A DNA stretch of 64,000 bases from the human T2T-CHM13v2.0 reference genome, Homo sapiens. Shown piece after piece: positions 26,947-40,544 of the stretch. Under the pieces are notes generated by a model that was given only the letters and a program-made list of their open reading frames with translations, was not told where the DNA came from and ran no database searches. The translations under genes and the position numbers were made by a program. The first letter of the stretch is position 1, and each line of letters opens with the position of its first letter. The stretch lies in assembly GCF_009914755.1 (NCBI RefSeq), contig NC_060933.1. The stretch is one strand, 5' to 3'.

Positions 26947-28725
26947 ATGATCTTTGCTGGCAAGGCACCCTCCAATACTTCCACCCTGATGAAGTTCTAT
27001 TCTTTACTTTTATACTCACTCTTATTCTCATTCCCATTCTTATGTCACCCTCTACCTCTCCCCAGCTATCTCCACCACACTATCAACCTTACCCAATCTC
27101 TCCTAGCCGCTTCTAATCCCTCCTTGGCAAACAACTGCTGGCTTTGCATTTCCCTTTCTTCCAGTGCCTACACAGCTGTCCCCGCCTTACAGACAGACTG
27201 GGCAACATCTCCCGTCTCCCTACACCTCCGAACTTCCTTTAACAGCCCTCACCTTTACCCTCCTGAAGAACTCATTTACTTTCTAGACAGGTCCAGCAAG
27301 ACTTCCCCAAACATTTTACATCAGCAAGCTGCCGCCCTCCTTTGCACTTATTTAAAAAACCTTTCTCCTTATATTAACTCTACTCCCCCCATATTTGGAC
27401 CTCTCACAACACAAACTACTATTCCAGTGGCCGCTCCTTTATGTATCTCTCGGCAAAGACCCACTGGAATTCCCCTAGGTAATCTTTCACCTTCTCGATG
27501 TTCCTTTACTCTTCATCTCCAAAGCCCAACTACACACATCACTGAAACAATTGGAGCCTTCCAGCTCCATATTACAGACAAGCCCTCTATCAATACTGAC
27601 AAACTTAAAAACATTAGCAGTAAAAAAAAAAAAAAAAAAAATTAGCACTAATTATTGCTTAGGAAGACACTTGCCCTGTATCTCACTCCATCCCTGGCTA
27701 CCTTCCCCTTGCTCATTAGACTCTCCTCCCAGGCCCTCTTCTTGTTTACTTATACCCAGCCCCAAAAATAACAGTGAAAGGTTGCTCGTAGATACTCAAC
27801 ATTTTCTCATACACCATGAAAATTGAACCTCCCCCTCTATGCAGTTACCCATCAGTCCCCATTACAACCTCTGACAGCTGCCGCCCTAGCTGGATCCCTA
27901 GGAGTCTGGGTACAAGACACCCCTTTCAGCACTCCTCATCTTTTTACTTTACATCTCCAGTTTTGCCTCGCACAAGGTCTCTTCTTCCTCTGTGGATCCT
28001 CTACCTACATGTGTCTACCTGCTAATTGGACAGGCACATGTACACTAGTCTTCCTTACCCCCAAAATTCAATTTGCAAATGGGACCGAAAAGCTCCCTGT
28101 TCCCCTCATGACACCAACATGACAAAAAAGAGTTATTCCACTAATTCCCTTGATGGTCGGTTTAGGACTTTCTGCCTCCACTATTGCTCTCAGTACTGGA
28201 ATAGCAGGCATTTCAACCTCTGTCACGACATTTTGTAGCCTGTCTAATGACTTCTCTGCTAGCATCACAGACATATCACAAACTTTATCAGTCCTCCAGG
28301 CCCAAGTTGACTCTTTAGCTGCAGTTGTCCTCCAAAACCACCGAGGCCTTGACTTACTCACTGCTGAAAAAGGAGGACTCTGCATATTCTTAAATGAGGA
28401 GTGTTGTTTTTACCTAAATCAATCTGGCCTGGTGTATGACAACATTAAAAAACTCAAGGATAGAGTCCAAAAACTTGCCAACCAAGCAAGTAATTATGCT
28501 GAACCCCCTTGGGCACTCTCTAATCGGATGTCCTGGGTCCTCCCAATTCTTAGTCCTTTAATACCCATTTTTCTCCTTCTTTTATTCGGACCTTGTATCT
28601 TCTGTTTAGTTTCTCAATTCATCCAAAACCGTATCCAGGCCATCACCAATCATTCTATACAACAAATGTTTCTTCTAACATCCCCACAATATCACCCCTT
28701 ACCACAAGACCTCCCTTCAGCTTAA
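26947..28725 (+). pseudogene. env: HERV-H env, full length but disrupted
   Basis: MIFAGKAPSNTSTLMKFYSLLL signal region, CWLC, *QKR furin site, fusion peptide, ISD LQNHRGLDLLTAEKGGL, CIFLNEECC, TM, ending PQDLPSA; frameshifts at about 27622 and 27850, stops at 27824 and 28120. Confidence 0.95.
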
Positions 28726-28874
28726 TCTCTCCCACTCTAGGTTCCCACGCCGCCCCTAATCCCACTTGAAGCAGCCCTGAGAAACGTCGCCCATTCTCTC
28801 TCCATACCACCCCCCAAAAATTTTCACTGCCCCAACACTTCAACACTATTTTGTTTTATTTTTCTTATTAATAT

Positions 28875-28887
28875 AAGAGGGCAGGAA
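28875..28887 (+). other. Polypurine tract (PPT)
   Basis: aagagggcaggaa immediately before the 3' LTR. Confidence 0.8.
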
Positions 28888-29338
28888 TGTCAGGCCTCTG
28901 AGCCCAAGCCAAGCCATCGCATCCCCTGTGACTTGCATGTATATGCCCAGATGGCCTGAAGTAACTGAAGAATCACAAAAGAAGTGAATATGCCCTGCCC
29001 CACCTTAACTGATGACATTCCACCACAAAAGAAGTGTAAGTGGCCGGTCCTTGCCTTAACTGATGACATTACCTTGTGAAAGTCCTTTTCCTGGCTCATC
29101 CTGGCTCAAAAAGCACCCCCACTGAGCACCTTGCGACCCCCACTCCTGCCCGCCAGAGAACAAACTGCCTTTGACTGTAATTTTCCTTTACCTACCCAAA
29201 TCCTATCAAATGGCCCCACCCTTATCTCCCTTCGCTGGCTCTCTTTTTGGACTCAGCCCACCTGCACCCAGGTGATTAAAAGCTTTATTGCTCACACAAA
29301 GCCTGTTTGGTGGTCTCTTCACACGGACGCGCATGAAA
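28888..29338 (+). promoter_or_regulatory. HERV-H 3' LTR (LTR7 family)
   Basis: tgtcaggcctctgagcccaagcc...gcgcatgaaa, 451 bp. Confidence 0.96.
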
Positions 29339-29634
29339 GTTAGGATGGGCCGTAAACCCAATGGCTGGTGTCTTCCTCAGAGGAGACACATAGAGACTGA
29401 CACGGGGGAGAGGCCATGAGGGAGGCTGAGACTGGAGGGGTGCAGACACAGGGAAGGATTGCTCGGAGCCACCAGAAGCTGGAAGAGGCCGGGAAACGTT
29501 TTTCTAGAGCCTTCGGAGGGAGCCAGGTCCTGCCAGCACTTTGATTTAGCCTCCAGGATTTGAGAATAAATTTCTGTGGGTTTAAACCACCCAGTTTGTG
29601 ACAATTTATTATGGTAGCCCTGGGAAACAAACAT
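29339..29634 (+). mobile_element. MLT1C/B-like LTR, right part
   Basis: gttaggatgggccg...caccagaagctggaagagg...ctagagccttcggagggagc...aataaatttctgtgggtttaaaccacccagtttgtg continues the left part. Confidence 0.8.
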
Positions 29635-29649
29635 GATAAGACATGAAAG

Positions 29650-31560
29650 AGTATATATAACAGAAATGAACAGTTCAGAATAACGATGAGCTAAACACCA
29701 GTTTATCCATGACCTAACTTAAGGAAGAAAAGTTACTGATAACTTCGAAGCTCCCCACTGTGCCCCTCCCTAGTCACACCACCTCCCTTCATCTCTACTG
29801 TCTAGAATTTTGCATGAAGCATTCCTTTCTTTTTCCAAGATCAGAAGAGATAGAGTGTTTTCAGGGTGGTATGGCCATAGACAAGCATTCCTTTCTTTTT
29901 CTTTGTAATTTCCTTACACACGCATATGAATACATTTCCAAACAACATGGTGTTTAGTTTTGCTTGCTTTGAGCTTTTATATAAATTGGGTGATACTTTA
30001 TATATTGTTCTTTATGTGTTTTTTTACATACTATTTTGTTTTTGAGATTAATTTGTGATGATGTATAGTACTGCATATACAATATATTGATTCCTTTTAT
30101 GACTAATAACATTAAAGTAGTTCCCAATATTTTGCTATTATCAGTCATGAACATTCTTGTATATGTCTTCTAATACACATGTGCCTCATTATGAGGATAT
30201 AACAATCTGAATTGCAATTGGTTAAGAACTGAAATTGAGTTTCTACCTAATAGTAGAATTGCTGAGTTACAGGGTATGTTTATGTTTATGTTTATACTTT
30301 ATAACTTTATAAAGAGCATACTTTTGAAAATATAACAAAATTAAGAGGAGATTTTTAGATGTTGAAAACACAGACTCTGTGAAATAAGACAGAAAAGATC
30401 AGACAAAACACAACCAGTTAATAACCCAAAATCTGGCAAGGACAGAAAAAGAAACAGACTAACCTCACTTAAGAATATAAATGTGAAAATCATACATAAC
30501 ATAAAAGTAATTCAAATGTAAAGTATATATTAAAAACACATTATTACCAAGTTGATTTTAGTCCAGGAATGCAAGCATGATTAAATATTAAGAAAAATGG
30601 GTCAAATCACAGAAATATGCCATTATCTCAATCAGTACTGAGAAGATATTTGATAATATTCAGAATCTTTCTTTAAAAAACCTCTTTATGAATCAACACT
30701 AGAAAAACAGATTTTTAGCATGATGAAAAATATCCACATTAAATTAAGAACAAGAAGAGACAGCCTGCTTCAACCTCTATTATTCAGACTAGTTCTGCAA
30801 TTTCTAGTCTGTGCACTAAGAAAAAGAAAATGAGGTACAGACACTAGTGTGCCCACATGTCAATCCTGCTTTTGCTTCATGCCAAACTCCATGCTAGATT
30901 CAGCCCTGCCACAAATCTGACCTCCCAACAACTATCCTTTTTACACCAAAAATATTATTGAAAAAGTAAGAAAGTAGAATGGTAAATGACAAGCTAAAAT
31001 ATATTTACAATACACAAAGCAGAACAAAAACGTTGATACATTGGAAGAAGTGTTTTTAATTAATAAAATAATTAACTAATATTAAAGAAATGAATAAGAA
31101 ACATGCACAGGTCACAAATGGCTAATAAAAACATGAAGTATTGTCCAACTTCAACAGTAATAGAGAATGCAGGCATTTTTAAAATAAGATATAATTGTCC
31201 CTGATCATTTGGCCAAGATTTCTTTTTTAGGTATTCTCAAGGATTCAGGATTTGCACATGCTCATACACCATCAGTAGCTGTAAACCTGTATAACTTTTT
31301 TAAAGTGATTTGGCAATACACATAAAATCTATAAAATACTCATAATATTTGACTTAACAGTCCTTCCAGAAATTTATTCGAAGGAAATTGTTCTACGAAA
31401 AGTATAATTATATGAACAAAAATAGTTTTGGCTTTACTTTTATGAACAGTGAAAATCTAGAAAAGGCTTAAATGTCCATCATCTCTACAGAATTGGTAAA
31501 ATACTGTCACATCCAGCACAATTACGCCATGGGCTATTGCACAGCCATGAAAAATGATGC
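29650..31560. mobile_element. Degraded ancient L1M fragments (minus about 29650-30290; plus about 30350-31560)
   Basis: Phrases such as gtcatgaacattcttgtatatgtc, ccaggaatgcaagcatgattaaatatta, aatggctaataaaacatgaa resemble L1M ORF2/3' regions. Confidence 0.55.
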
Positions 31561-32600
31561 CACAGGCCCCAGCAGCTCATCGGCGGGAGCGGCAGCAGCA
31601 GGCAGCCCGTGCAAAAGCACTTGCTGGGTGACGGCCCAGAGGTAGCCAGGGGCCCCTTCCCCAACGCAGGCACCGCCAAGATCCACAAGAGCAAGGCGGA
31701 TTCAGCCTAAGGGTCAGTAAAGAAACCCTCAAGGAACCAGCAAAATGGTCCAGCAGACCTGTTCCTACAAAAGTAACAAAGTCAAAAAATGAAAAATAGA
31801 GAAGGATAAATCTTCACAATGCGAATAAACACAAGTGAAACAAAAGCAAAAGGAAGAGGTCAGTGGGTAGCAAAGAAACTGAAGATTTCTCTGCAGAATG
31901 ATGAAGTAGGAAAGAAAGAAACCGGGTCTGATCATGAGTGTCATACACTGTACCAAGTCTTCTCCGGGGTCCTTGTATCTCCCTATTGGTCAGCTATTTT
32001 GTAAAAGCAAGTTTCTTACAAGCTCTAGAAATAATTAAGAAGAAAGAAAACCTAATTCATTCCATTTTGTTTTGTTTTTAACATATTTAGATAAGTTTAA
32101 ATGCCTTTTCTTAAAAGGTGAAATCCAGTTATGTTGTTTATTTTTCTGCACAACTGGGAATTAGAGGCATATTGAATTACAGAAGGCTTTGATGTCTTGT
32201 GTGCCAGTGTAACATTCCATAGGTTGGGGGGAATATCCTATAATATGCAGCATAACTAAATGCAATTTACAGTCATAATCATGCACTTAGAGTGTCTCAA
32301 ACATTTTAAATTGCTTATCCTCTATACCCATATTATTCTTTGGCAGGATAGTTAAAAAAAAATAATTAATTAATTTACAAAAAAAAAAAAAAAAACACCT
32401 GCTCCCTCATCTTAGCTCTCCCAGTCAGATTTGAGAGCTTTTCTTTGACATTTTTGGTAACGGTAGCCTATTCTACAGCTTTGCTAATATGCTATGAAAG
32501 ATTGGAATTTTTTAGAATGTTGTAAGATATTAAATCATGAATCAATGGCATTTTGGCTCTAACAGCTTCCCAATATTTTATCATTCATATTGCTACTTGA

Positions 32601-32950
<350 letters not shown>

Positions 32951-33024
32951 ATGCCTCCAAATTTTAACTAAAGAGACTGGGTAATTTTTCAGAAAATGAC
33001 TGCAACTACTTTTTTTTTTTCCAA

Positions 33025-33112
33025 TTAATACTTGCATAAGAATTGTATATATTCTCACTTAATACTTGCATAAGATTGTATACATTTTCATTTAATACTT
33101 GCATAAGATTGC
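33025..33112 (+). repeat. About 33-bp tandem repeat, about 2.6 copies
   Basis: ttaatacttgcataag(a)attg recurs three times. Confidence 0.85.
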
Positions 33113-33312
33113 TTATAGTACTTGTGATCAGATCCAACAAAAACCAAGACATTTTTTCACGTGGGCTCTGTTGTCCTTCTAACTGCTGGCATGAACTCCT
33201 TCAATGTTGAAATGTCGTCATTTCAAATAGAGTTATGCACTTCGTTGGTACTATGCACACTGAGTTTGTTACTTAAAATTTCTTCCAAAAGATTTCACTA
33301 CAACCAGCATTA

Positions 33313-33931
<619 letters not shown>

Positions 33932-34111
33932 TCATGTATCACACAAGACTATCAATGAGGTATTATTGTGCTATTATTTAATTGATAGTTGTTCTTTCTT
34001 TTTCTTTCTGTCTTTCTCTTCTTATAATGGGACACAAACAATCCGTGATGTCTTATATTCAATGCAATATATCTTCTTTGTTAGTTTGGAAAGTTATCCT
34101 TGAAAGATTTT

Positions 34112-34199
34112 GTGTTCCTTTCAGTGGCACGTATACTAAAATTGGAATGGTCCCTGGTTGAAGATAACATGCAACCTTGTCAAGTGTTCTACATTGTTT
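34112..34199 (+). pseudogene. RNU6: U6 snRNA pseudogene with internal deletion
   Basis: gtgttcctttcagtggcacgtatactaaaattgga matches U6 5' part; atggtccctggttgaagataacatgcaaccttgtcaagtgttctacattgttt matches the 3' part; the ACAGAGA segment is absent. Confidence 0.82.
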
Positions 34200-34270
34200 C
34201 TATTTCTTTCTGGGTGTTCATCTTGGGGAAATTCATGCACACATTTCTCTAAATATATCATGCTTTAACA

Positions 34271-34751
34271 AAGGGGTCCCCAACCCCCAGGCCATGGACC
34301 AGTACTGATCTGTGACCTGTTAGGAACCTGGCCATAAGGCAGGAGGGGAGCAGCAGGCAAGCGTTACTGCCTGAGCTCTGCCTCCTGTCAGATCAGAGGC
34401 AGCATTAGATTTTCACAGAAGCATGAACCCTGTTGTGAACTGAATATGGGAGGCATCTAGGTTGCAAGCTCCTTATGAAAAACTACTGCCTGATGGTCTG
34501 TCAGTGTCTCCCATCATCCCCAGATGAGAGTGTCTAGTTGCAGGAAAACAAGCTCAGGGCTCCCACTGATTTTACATTATGGCAAGTTGTATAACTGTTA
34601 TTATATATTATAATGTAATAATAATAGGAATAAAGTGCACAATAAATGAAATGCACTTGAATCATCCTAAAACCACACCCCTGCCCTGGTCTGTGGAAAA
34701 ATTGTCTTCTATGAAACCCGTCCCTGGTGCCAAAAAGGTTGAGGAGTTTTG
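34271..34751 (+). mobile_element. MER1A (hAT-Charlie) DNA transposon
   Basis: aggggtccccaacccc...ggtgccaaaaaggttgaggag with internal ggaaaacaagctcagggctcccactgat; 8-bp TSD ctttaaca / ctttaacg. Confidence 0.88.
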
Positions 34752-35990
34752 CTTTAACGAAAGTTTTTATAAAATATCAGTATTCAATACAGTTTGTATA
34801 GTATAGACCCAATTTGGGTAACTGTGTGTAGGTATGCATGTCTGTCACCTTTGTGCCCATATTTGTGTACGTAGGCAAAGAATCCACAATGTCAACACTA
34901 ATTATGGAAAGATGGGTGACTTTTATTTTCTTCTTCATGCTTTTCTATGTCTGAATATTTTTTATGGTGAGTATGTGATTTCTTTTATGGTCAGAAGAAA
35001 AAGACAGGAAGACTTACTCCCACTTTAAAAACACACAGTGAACCCTAATGCAGACTGTGTTGTAGACAGATATTTATTTATAAGGTTTTCCATCATAACA
35101 TTTTGTAAACTATCAAACCCTTCCAATAACATGGGGAGAGGTAGATAAATTTTCACACATTCATGGGATGAACATAGCCACTAAAATCAGTGTGGATTGT
35201 TAAGAAAATGTAATGACAGGGACATGTATATTAACACTGTTAAATGAAAAAACATAATACAAACTCTAAATGCAATATAAATCAAATTTTGTAAAGTACG
35301 AATAAAATAAATATATGAAATGTGCATGCAAAGAAAAAAGATATTTATAGTGTTTACTTCTAAATGTAAAATTGTAATTTTTAAAAACTGTCTCCTTATA
35401 CGTTTCTGTATGTTCTAAATTATCTAAAATGAGCACATTTTACTTCCATAATTTTTAAGAATAATTACTTTTTTAAATACTGCAGTTACTTATCCAAAGG
35501 TCAAACATTCTCACCAAAACAAAATACTAATTCTAAAATGAAACATAGAAAGTCAGAGACCCTAAGTAGGTACCTGGGTGCTCACCACAATTGAAGGAGG
35601 GCCAGTTACCTAGAGCCTATTGAGTCCACTTAGTGCCACTATTAGCCCCCTGTTCATCTAGTTTCCTTGCCATAAATAAATTATAAGTACTGATGGAGAC
35701 AGGCAGAGGAAAGCAGTTCAAGAGAAACAACAGGTAATGTAAAAGTGAGAAAGAAGACAGAGAAAAACAGTAATACCAGGCATTGGAATAATCTGGGGGC
35801 CTTTAGTAGCAGGACATGGAAACCTATAGACCTGAGGGCAACATGGATTTCCAACAATCCATATCCAGAATGTGATTCGAGTCATTAAAAACTTTTCTAC
35901 ACAGCACTCCTGTGTAGAAAACTTTCAAGATCTAAAATTTCAGAAAAATGAGCAAAGTTACAAAAGTTAGACCAAAGAGTTTCCACATTA

Positions 35991-36321
35991 CTCTCATGTG
36001 CCACATAACAACATTTTGGTCAATGGCAGACCACATGTATGACTGTAGTCCCATAAGATGATTATACCATGTTTTTACTATACCTTTTCTATGTTTAGAT
36101 ATGTTTAGATGCACAAATACTTACCATTGTGTTACAACTGCCTACAGTATTCAGTACAGTCACAGGCTGTACAGTTTTGTAGCCTAGGAGCAATAAGCCA
36201 TATCACATAGTAGTGCCATGTGGTTAGCTACACCGTATAGGTTTGTGTAAGTATACTCTAGAATGTTCACACAATAATGCATTTCTCAGAATGTATCCCC
36301 ATTGTTAAGTGAGAAATGACT
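35991..36321 (+). mobile_element. Tigger3a/MER7A-like TcMar MITE
   Basis: catgtgccacataacaacattttggtcaatg...ccattgtgttacaactgcctacagtattcagtacag...gcatttctcagaatgtatccccattgttaag. Confidence 0.82.
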
Positions 36322-36445
36322 ACAGAAAAATATTCATTTTTATTGATTAATGTTATACTACCATATTCAAATATAGTAACATATATAAAAATATAATTTT
36401 TTAAAGAATCAAAGTTTAAAATAGCATTTTGTACCCCAAATGGAT

Positions 36446-38781
36446 TGATACGGTTTGGCTGTGTCCCCGCCAAAATCTCATCTTGAAATGTAGTTCCCAT
36501 AATCCCCATGTGTCATGGGAGGTACCCAGTGGGGGGTGATTAGATCATAGTGGTGGTTACCCCCATGCTGCTATTCTCATGATAGTGAGTGAGTTCTCAC
36601 CAGATCTGATGGTTTTATAAGAAGCTTTTCCCCCTTTTGCTTGGCACTTCTCCTTCCTGCCATCATATGAAGGATGTGTTTGCTTCCCCTTCCACCATGA
36701 TTGTAAATTTCCTGAGGCCTCCCCAGCCATGTGGAACTGCGAGTTGATTAAACCTCTTTCCTTTATAAATTACCCAGTCTCGGGCAGTTCCTTATAGCAG
36801 TGTGAGAATGGACTAATACAGTAAATTCGTACCATGAGTGGGATGCTGCTGTAAAAATACCCAAAAATGTGGAAGTGATTTTGGAACTGGGTAACAGGCA
36901 GAGGTTGGAATCATTTGGAGGGCTCAGAAGAAGACAGGAAAATGTGGGAAACTTTACAACTTCCTAAAGACTTGGAGGGCTCAGAAGACAGGAAGATGTG
37001 GGAAAGTTTGGAACTTCCTAGAAACTTGTTAAATGGCTTTAACCAAAATGCTGATAGTGATATGGACAATAAAGTCCAGGCTGAGGTGGTCTCACATGGA
37101 GATGGGAATGTGTTGGGAACTGGAGTAAAGGTCATTCTTGCTATACAAAGAGACTGGTGGCATTTTGCCCCTGCCCCAGAAATCTGTGGAACTTTAAACT
37201 TGAGAGAGATTATGTAGGGTATCTGGCAGAAGGAATTTCTAAGTGGCAAAGCATTCAAGAGGAAACAAAGCATAAAAGCTTGAAAATTTTGCAGCCTAAC
37301 CATGCTGTAGAAAAGAAAAACCTATTTTCTGGGGAGAAATTCAAGCCCAATGCAGAAATTTGCATAAGTAACAAGGAACCAAATGTTAATCACCAAGACA
37401 ATGGGGAAAATGTCTCTCCAGGGCATGGCAGAGACCTGCATGGCAGCCCCTCCCATCACAGGCCCAGAGGCCTAAGAGGGAAAAATGGTTTCATGGGCTG
37501 GGCCCAGGGCCCCCTGACCTATGCAGCCTTGGGACATGGTATCCTGTGTCCCAGCTGCTTCAGCTCCAGCCATGGCTAAAATGAGCCAACATACAGCTTG
37601 GGCCATTACTTCAGAGGGTGCAAGCCCCACCCTTGGCAGCTTCCACATGGTGTTGAGCCTATGGGAGCACAGAAGTCAAGAAGTGAGGTTTGGGAGCCTC
37701 CATCTAGATTTCAGAGGATGTATGGAAATGCCTGGATGTCCAGACAGAAGTCTGCCCAAGGGTGGAGACCTCATGGAAAACTTCTGCTAGGGCAGTGTGG
37801 AAAGAAAACATGGGGTTGGAGGCCACACACAGAGTCCCCACTGGGGCACTGCCTAGTGAAGCTGTAGAAGAGGGCCAACATCCACCACACCCCAGAATGG
37901 TAAATCCATTGACAACTTACACCATGCACCTAGAAAAGCCACAGACAGTCAACACCAGCTGTAAAAGCAGCCAGGAGGGGGTAACCTGCAAAGCCACAGT
38001 GGGGGAGCTGCCCAAGACCGTGGGAGCCCACCTCTTCCATTGTAGTGACCTGGATGTGAGACATGGAGTCAAAGGAGATCATCTCAGAGCTTTAAAATTT
38101 GACTGACCTGCTGGATTTTGGACTTGCAAGGAGTCTGCAAACTCTTCAGTTTGGCCAATTTCTCCCATTTGGAACAAGTGTATTTACCTAATGCCTGTAC
38201 CCCCATTGTATCTAGGAAATAGCTAACTTGCTTTTAATTTTACAGGCTTAGGAGCAGAAGAAACTTGCCTTGTCTCAAATGAGGCTTTAGACTTAGACTT
38301 TTGGGTTAATGCTGGAATGAGTTTAAACTTTGGGGGACTGTTGGGAAGACATGACTGTGTTTTGAAATGTAAGGACATGAGCTTTGGGAGGGGTAGGGAC
38401 AGAATGATATGGTTTGGCTGTGTCCCCACCCAAATCTCATCTTGAACTGTAGTTCCCATTATCCCCATGTGTCATAGGAGGGATCCAGTGGGAGGTGATT
38501 AGATCATGGGGGCAGTTACTCCTATGCAACTATTCTCATGACTGTGATTGAGTTCTCACAAGATCTGATAGTTTTATTAGGGGCCTTTCCCCCTTTTGCT
38601 TGGCACTTCTCTTTCCTGCCATCATGTAAGAAGGACATGTTTGCTTCCCCTTCTGTCATGATCGTAAGTTTCCTGAGGCCTCCCCAGCCATCCAGAACTG
38701 TGAGTCAATTAAACCTCTTTCCTTTATAAATTACCCAGTCTCAAACAGCTCTTTATAGCAGCATGAGAATGGGCTAATACA
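36446..38781 (+). mobile_element. Full THE1D-like MaLR element (LTR 36446-36820, internal, LTR 38405-38781)
   Basis: Both LTRs run tgata(c/t)ggtttggctgtgtcccc...ctaataca; THE1 internal ORF fragments; 5-bp TSD tggat at 36441-36445 and 38782-38786. Confidence 0.94.
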
Positions 38782-39294
38782 TGGATCATCTTGTGAATTT
38801 CTTTGGTTCAGCAAGTTACCATTTATATTTGTATTTAATATTCATATTTTAATGCATCACTTCCCTACTTAAAAGGGAGAGGTGATGGAAAGCAGTGATG
38901 GAAAGTGGTCCTGGCCAGCTGTTCATCAATACGTGCCACCTTATCATTCTCCTGACAGTCTTAGAAGAGAGCAGGACACACCATATCCCTATTAGATGAT
39001 TAAATCAAGTAACATTTTGATACATGATAAATCATTTCTTTACATTATGGGCTCCCCATTGCTTTCAAAAAAAAGCATAAGAGGTTATCTTCATAATTCC
39101 TAGCCTGACACACTTTTTTGAGCCTTTACTTGTGTCTGCTCATGTCTTCTATAGTTACAAATTTTTCAATTTTTCTCACAGTAAGTATCTAGGATTTGAG
39201 ACAAATGAAAGCAATTGTGCAATTATATAAATATATAAATAGATACAATGTGTGTATATATACAGTGTGTGTGGGTATATATTATATGTAGTGT

Positions 39295-39310
39295 ATAGAT
39301 AGATAGATAC

Positions 39311-39361
<51 letters not shown>
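39295..39361 (+). repeat. (GATA)n tetranucleotide STR
   Basis: tagatagatagat run with one tacat interruption. Confidence 0.95.
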
Positions 39362-40544
39362 TGCTAATATGTGAGTCCTATGTTCTATAGTAAGAACATT
39401 TGAACCGAGAAGTGATTATGGGCAAAGATAAATGATCAATAAGAACTGCACCAGTAACTTACAATAGTGTCTTTCCCAGAAGCAGCTAATATGTAGAAAC
39501 TCTGGGGGAACGTCTTCTAGTTAGGAGATATTTTACTTTAAATCTTACATGAATGACTAAATAATTAATAAATATTATTTACTAAATATTTGTAAAATGG
39601 TTTCTATTTTATGTATATTAACCCAGTGTTTCTATAAATGTGAGAGATACTCTGACCAAGCAGTGATGAGGTAAGTTTAAGAAATGCTATATCCCCTCCT
39701 TGGAGGCAGATGGCCTCTTTAACGAATAAAAGGCTCTGAGAAGTCCTATAGTAAATATGCTTTGCCTACCCTAGAATTTGTTGGAATTTCCCAAATATAG
39801 TTGATCGTGAAACCCTTTTTCCTTTGCCATCTACTAATATCTTATGGAACCAGTGTTCCTGGGACTATACTTAAGGAAGCTTTATGTCCAGCTTCAAATA
39901 AGGAAATTGACCATTAGAGAAGCTGGGTAACATCCCCAATATTTCACAGCTGGCAGGAGGCATAGCTGGGATAAGTACCCAGCCTTCTGACCCACAACCC
40001 ATGCCTTCCTGTGACAGCTTGTCCCTCTCACCTGCTTTACTATTAATAAGAAAATACCCCAGTGAAAAGAAACCTAGAATTGCTATTTAAAATACATTTT
40101 CCTTGCTTTGTGAGCTTTCATTTTTCAACTGAAAATGGGTCTGGTCTTGTCAATACTCTAGATTATTAAAGAAAAAACAAGCTATTTATAAAAATAATAG
40201 TAACAATAAAGTGCCTGCATGAAAACTGAAAAAAAAATGAGTGGGTACTTGTTCTGAATATCATTAATTCATTAATTTTTTCTTTCCTTTAAAAACTTGA
40301 ATTTTGAGCTTTCATTGAAATAATAAAATGTGCAAGATAAATTGAAATTTTTCTTTATTCCCCAAAACCAATCTTGAAACTATATAATGGCAAAAACGAT
40401 AAGAAAAATCACTATGCAAATCAGTGGGCTTTTTTCATATATTTCTTACCAAATGGCTAAAATAATATTAACATCTTTGTAGTTCTTGTTAAAAAGAAAA
40501 GCAAAACAACTTTAAATACTAGCAAAACCCTTACGGTGTTCCTG

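Larger units (their letters stand above)
20714..29338 (+). mobile_element. HERV-H provirus, 8625 bp, env-containing
   Basis: Two LTR7-type LTRs, His-tRNA PBS, gag/pro/pol/env remnants, PPT, and 5-bp TSD GTTAG at 20709-20713 and 29339-29343. Confidence 0.98.

Noticed and set aside
36915-37025. About 55-bp tandem duplication in the THE1 internal region
   Set aside because: As I recall this duplication is common in THE1D internal sequences, so it is not locus-specific.
39620-39875. Possible ancient hAT-Charlie fragment
   Set aside because: Motifs are suggestive (aaaggctctgagaagtcct, tttcccaaa) but the family and ends could not be supported.
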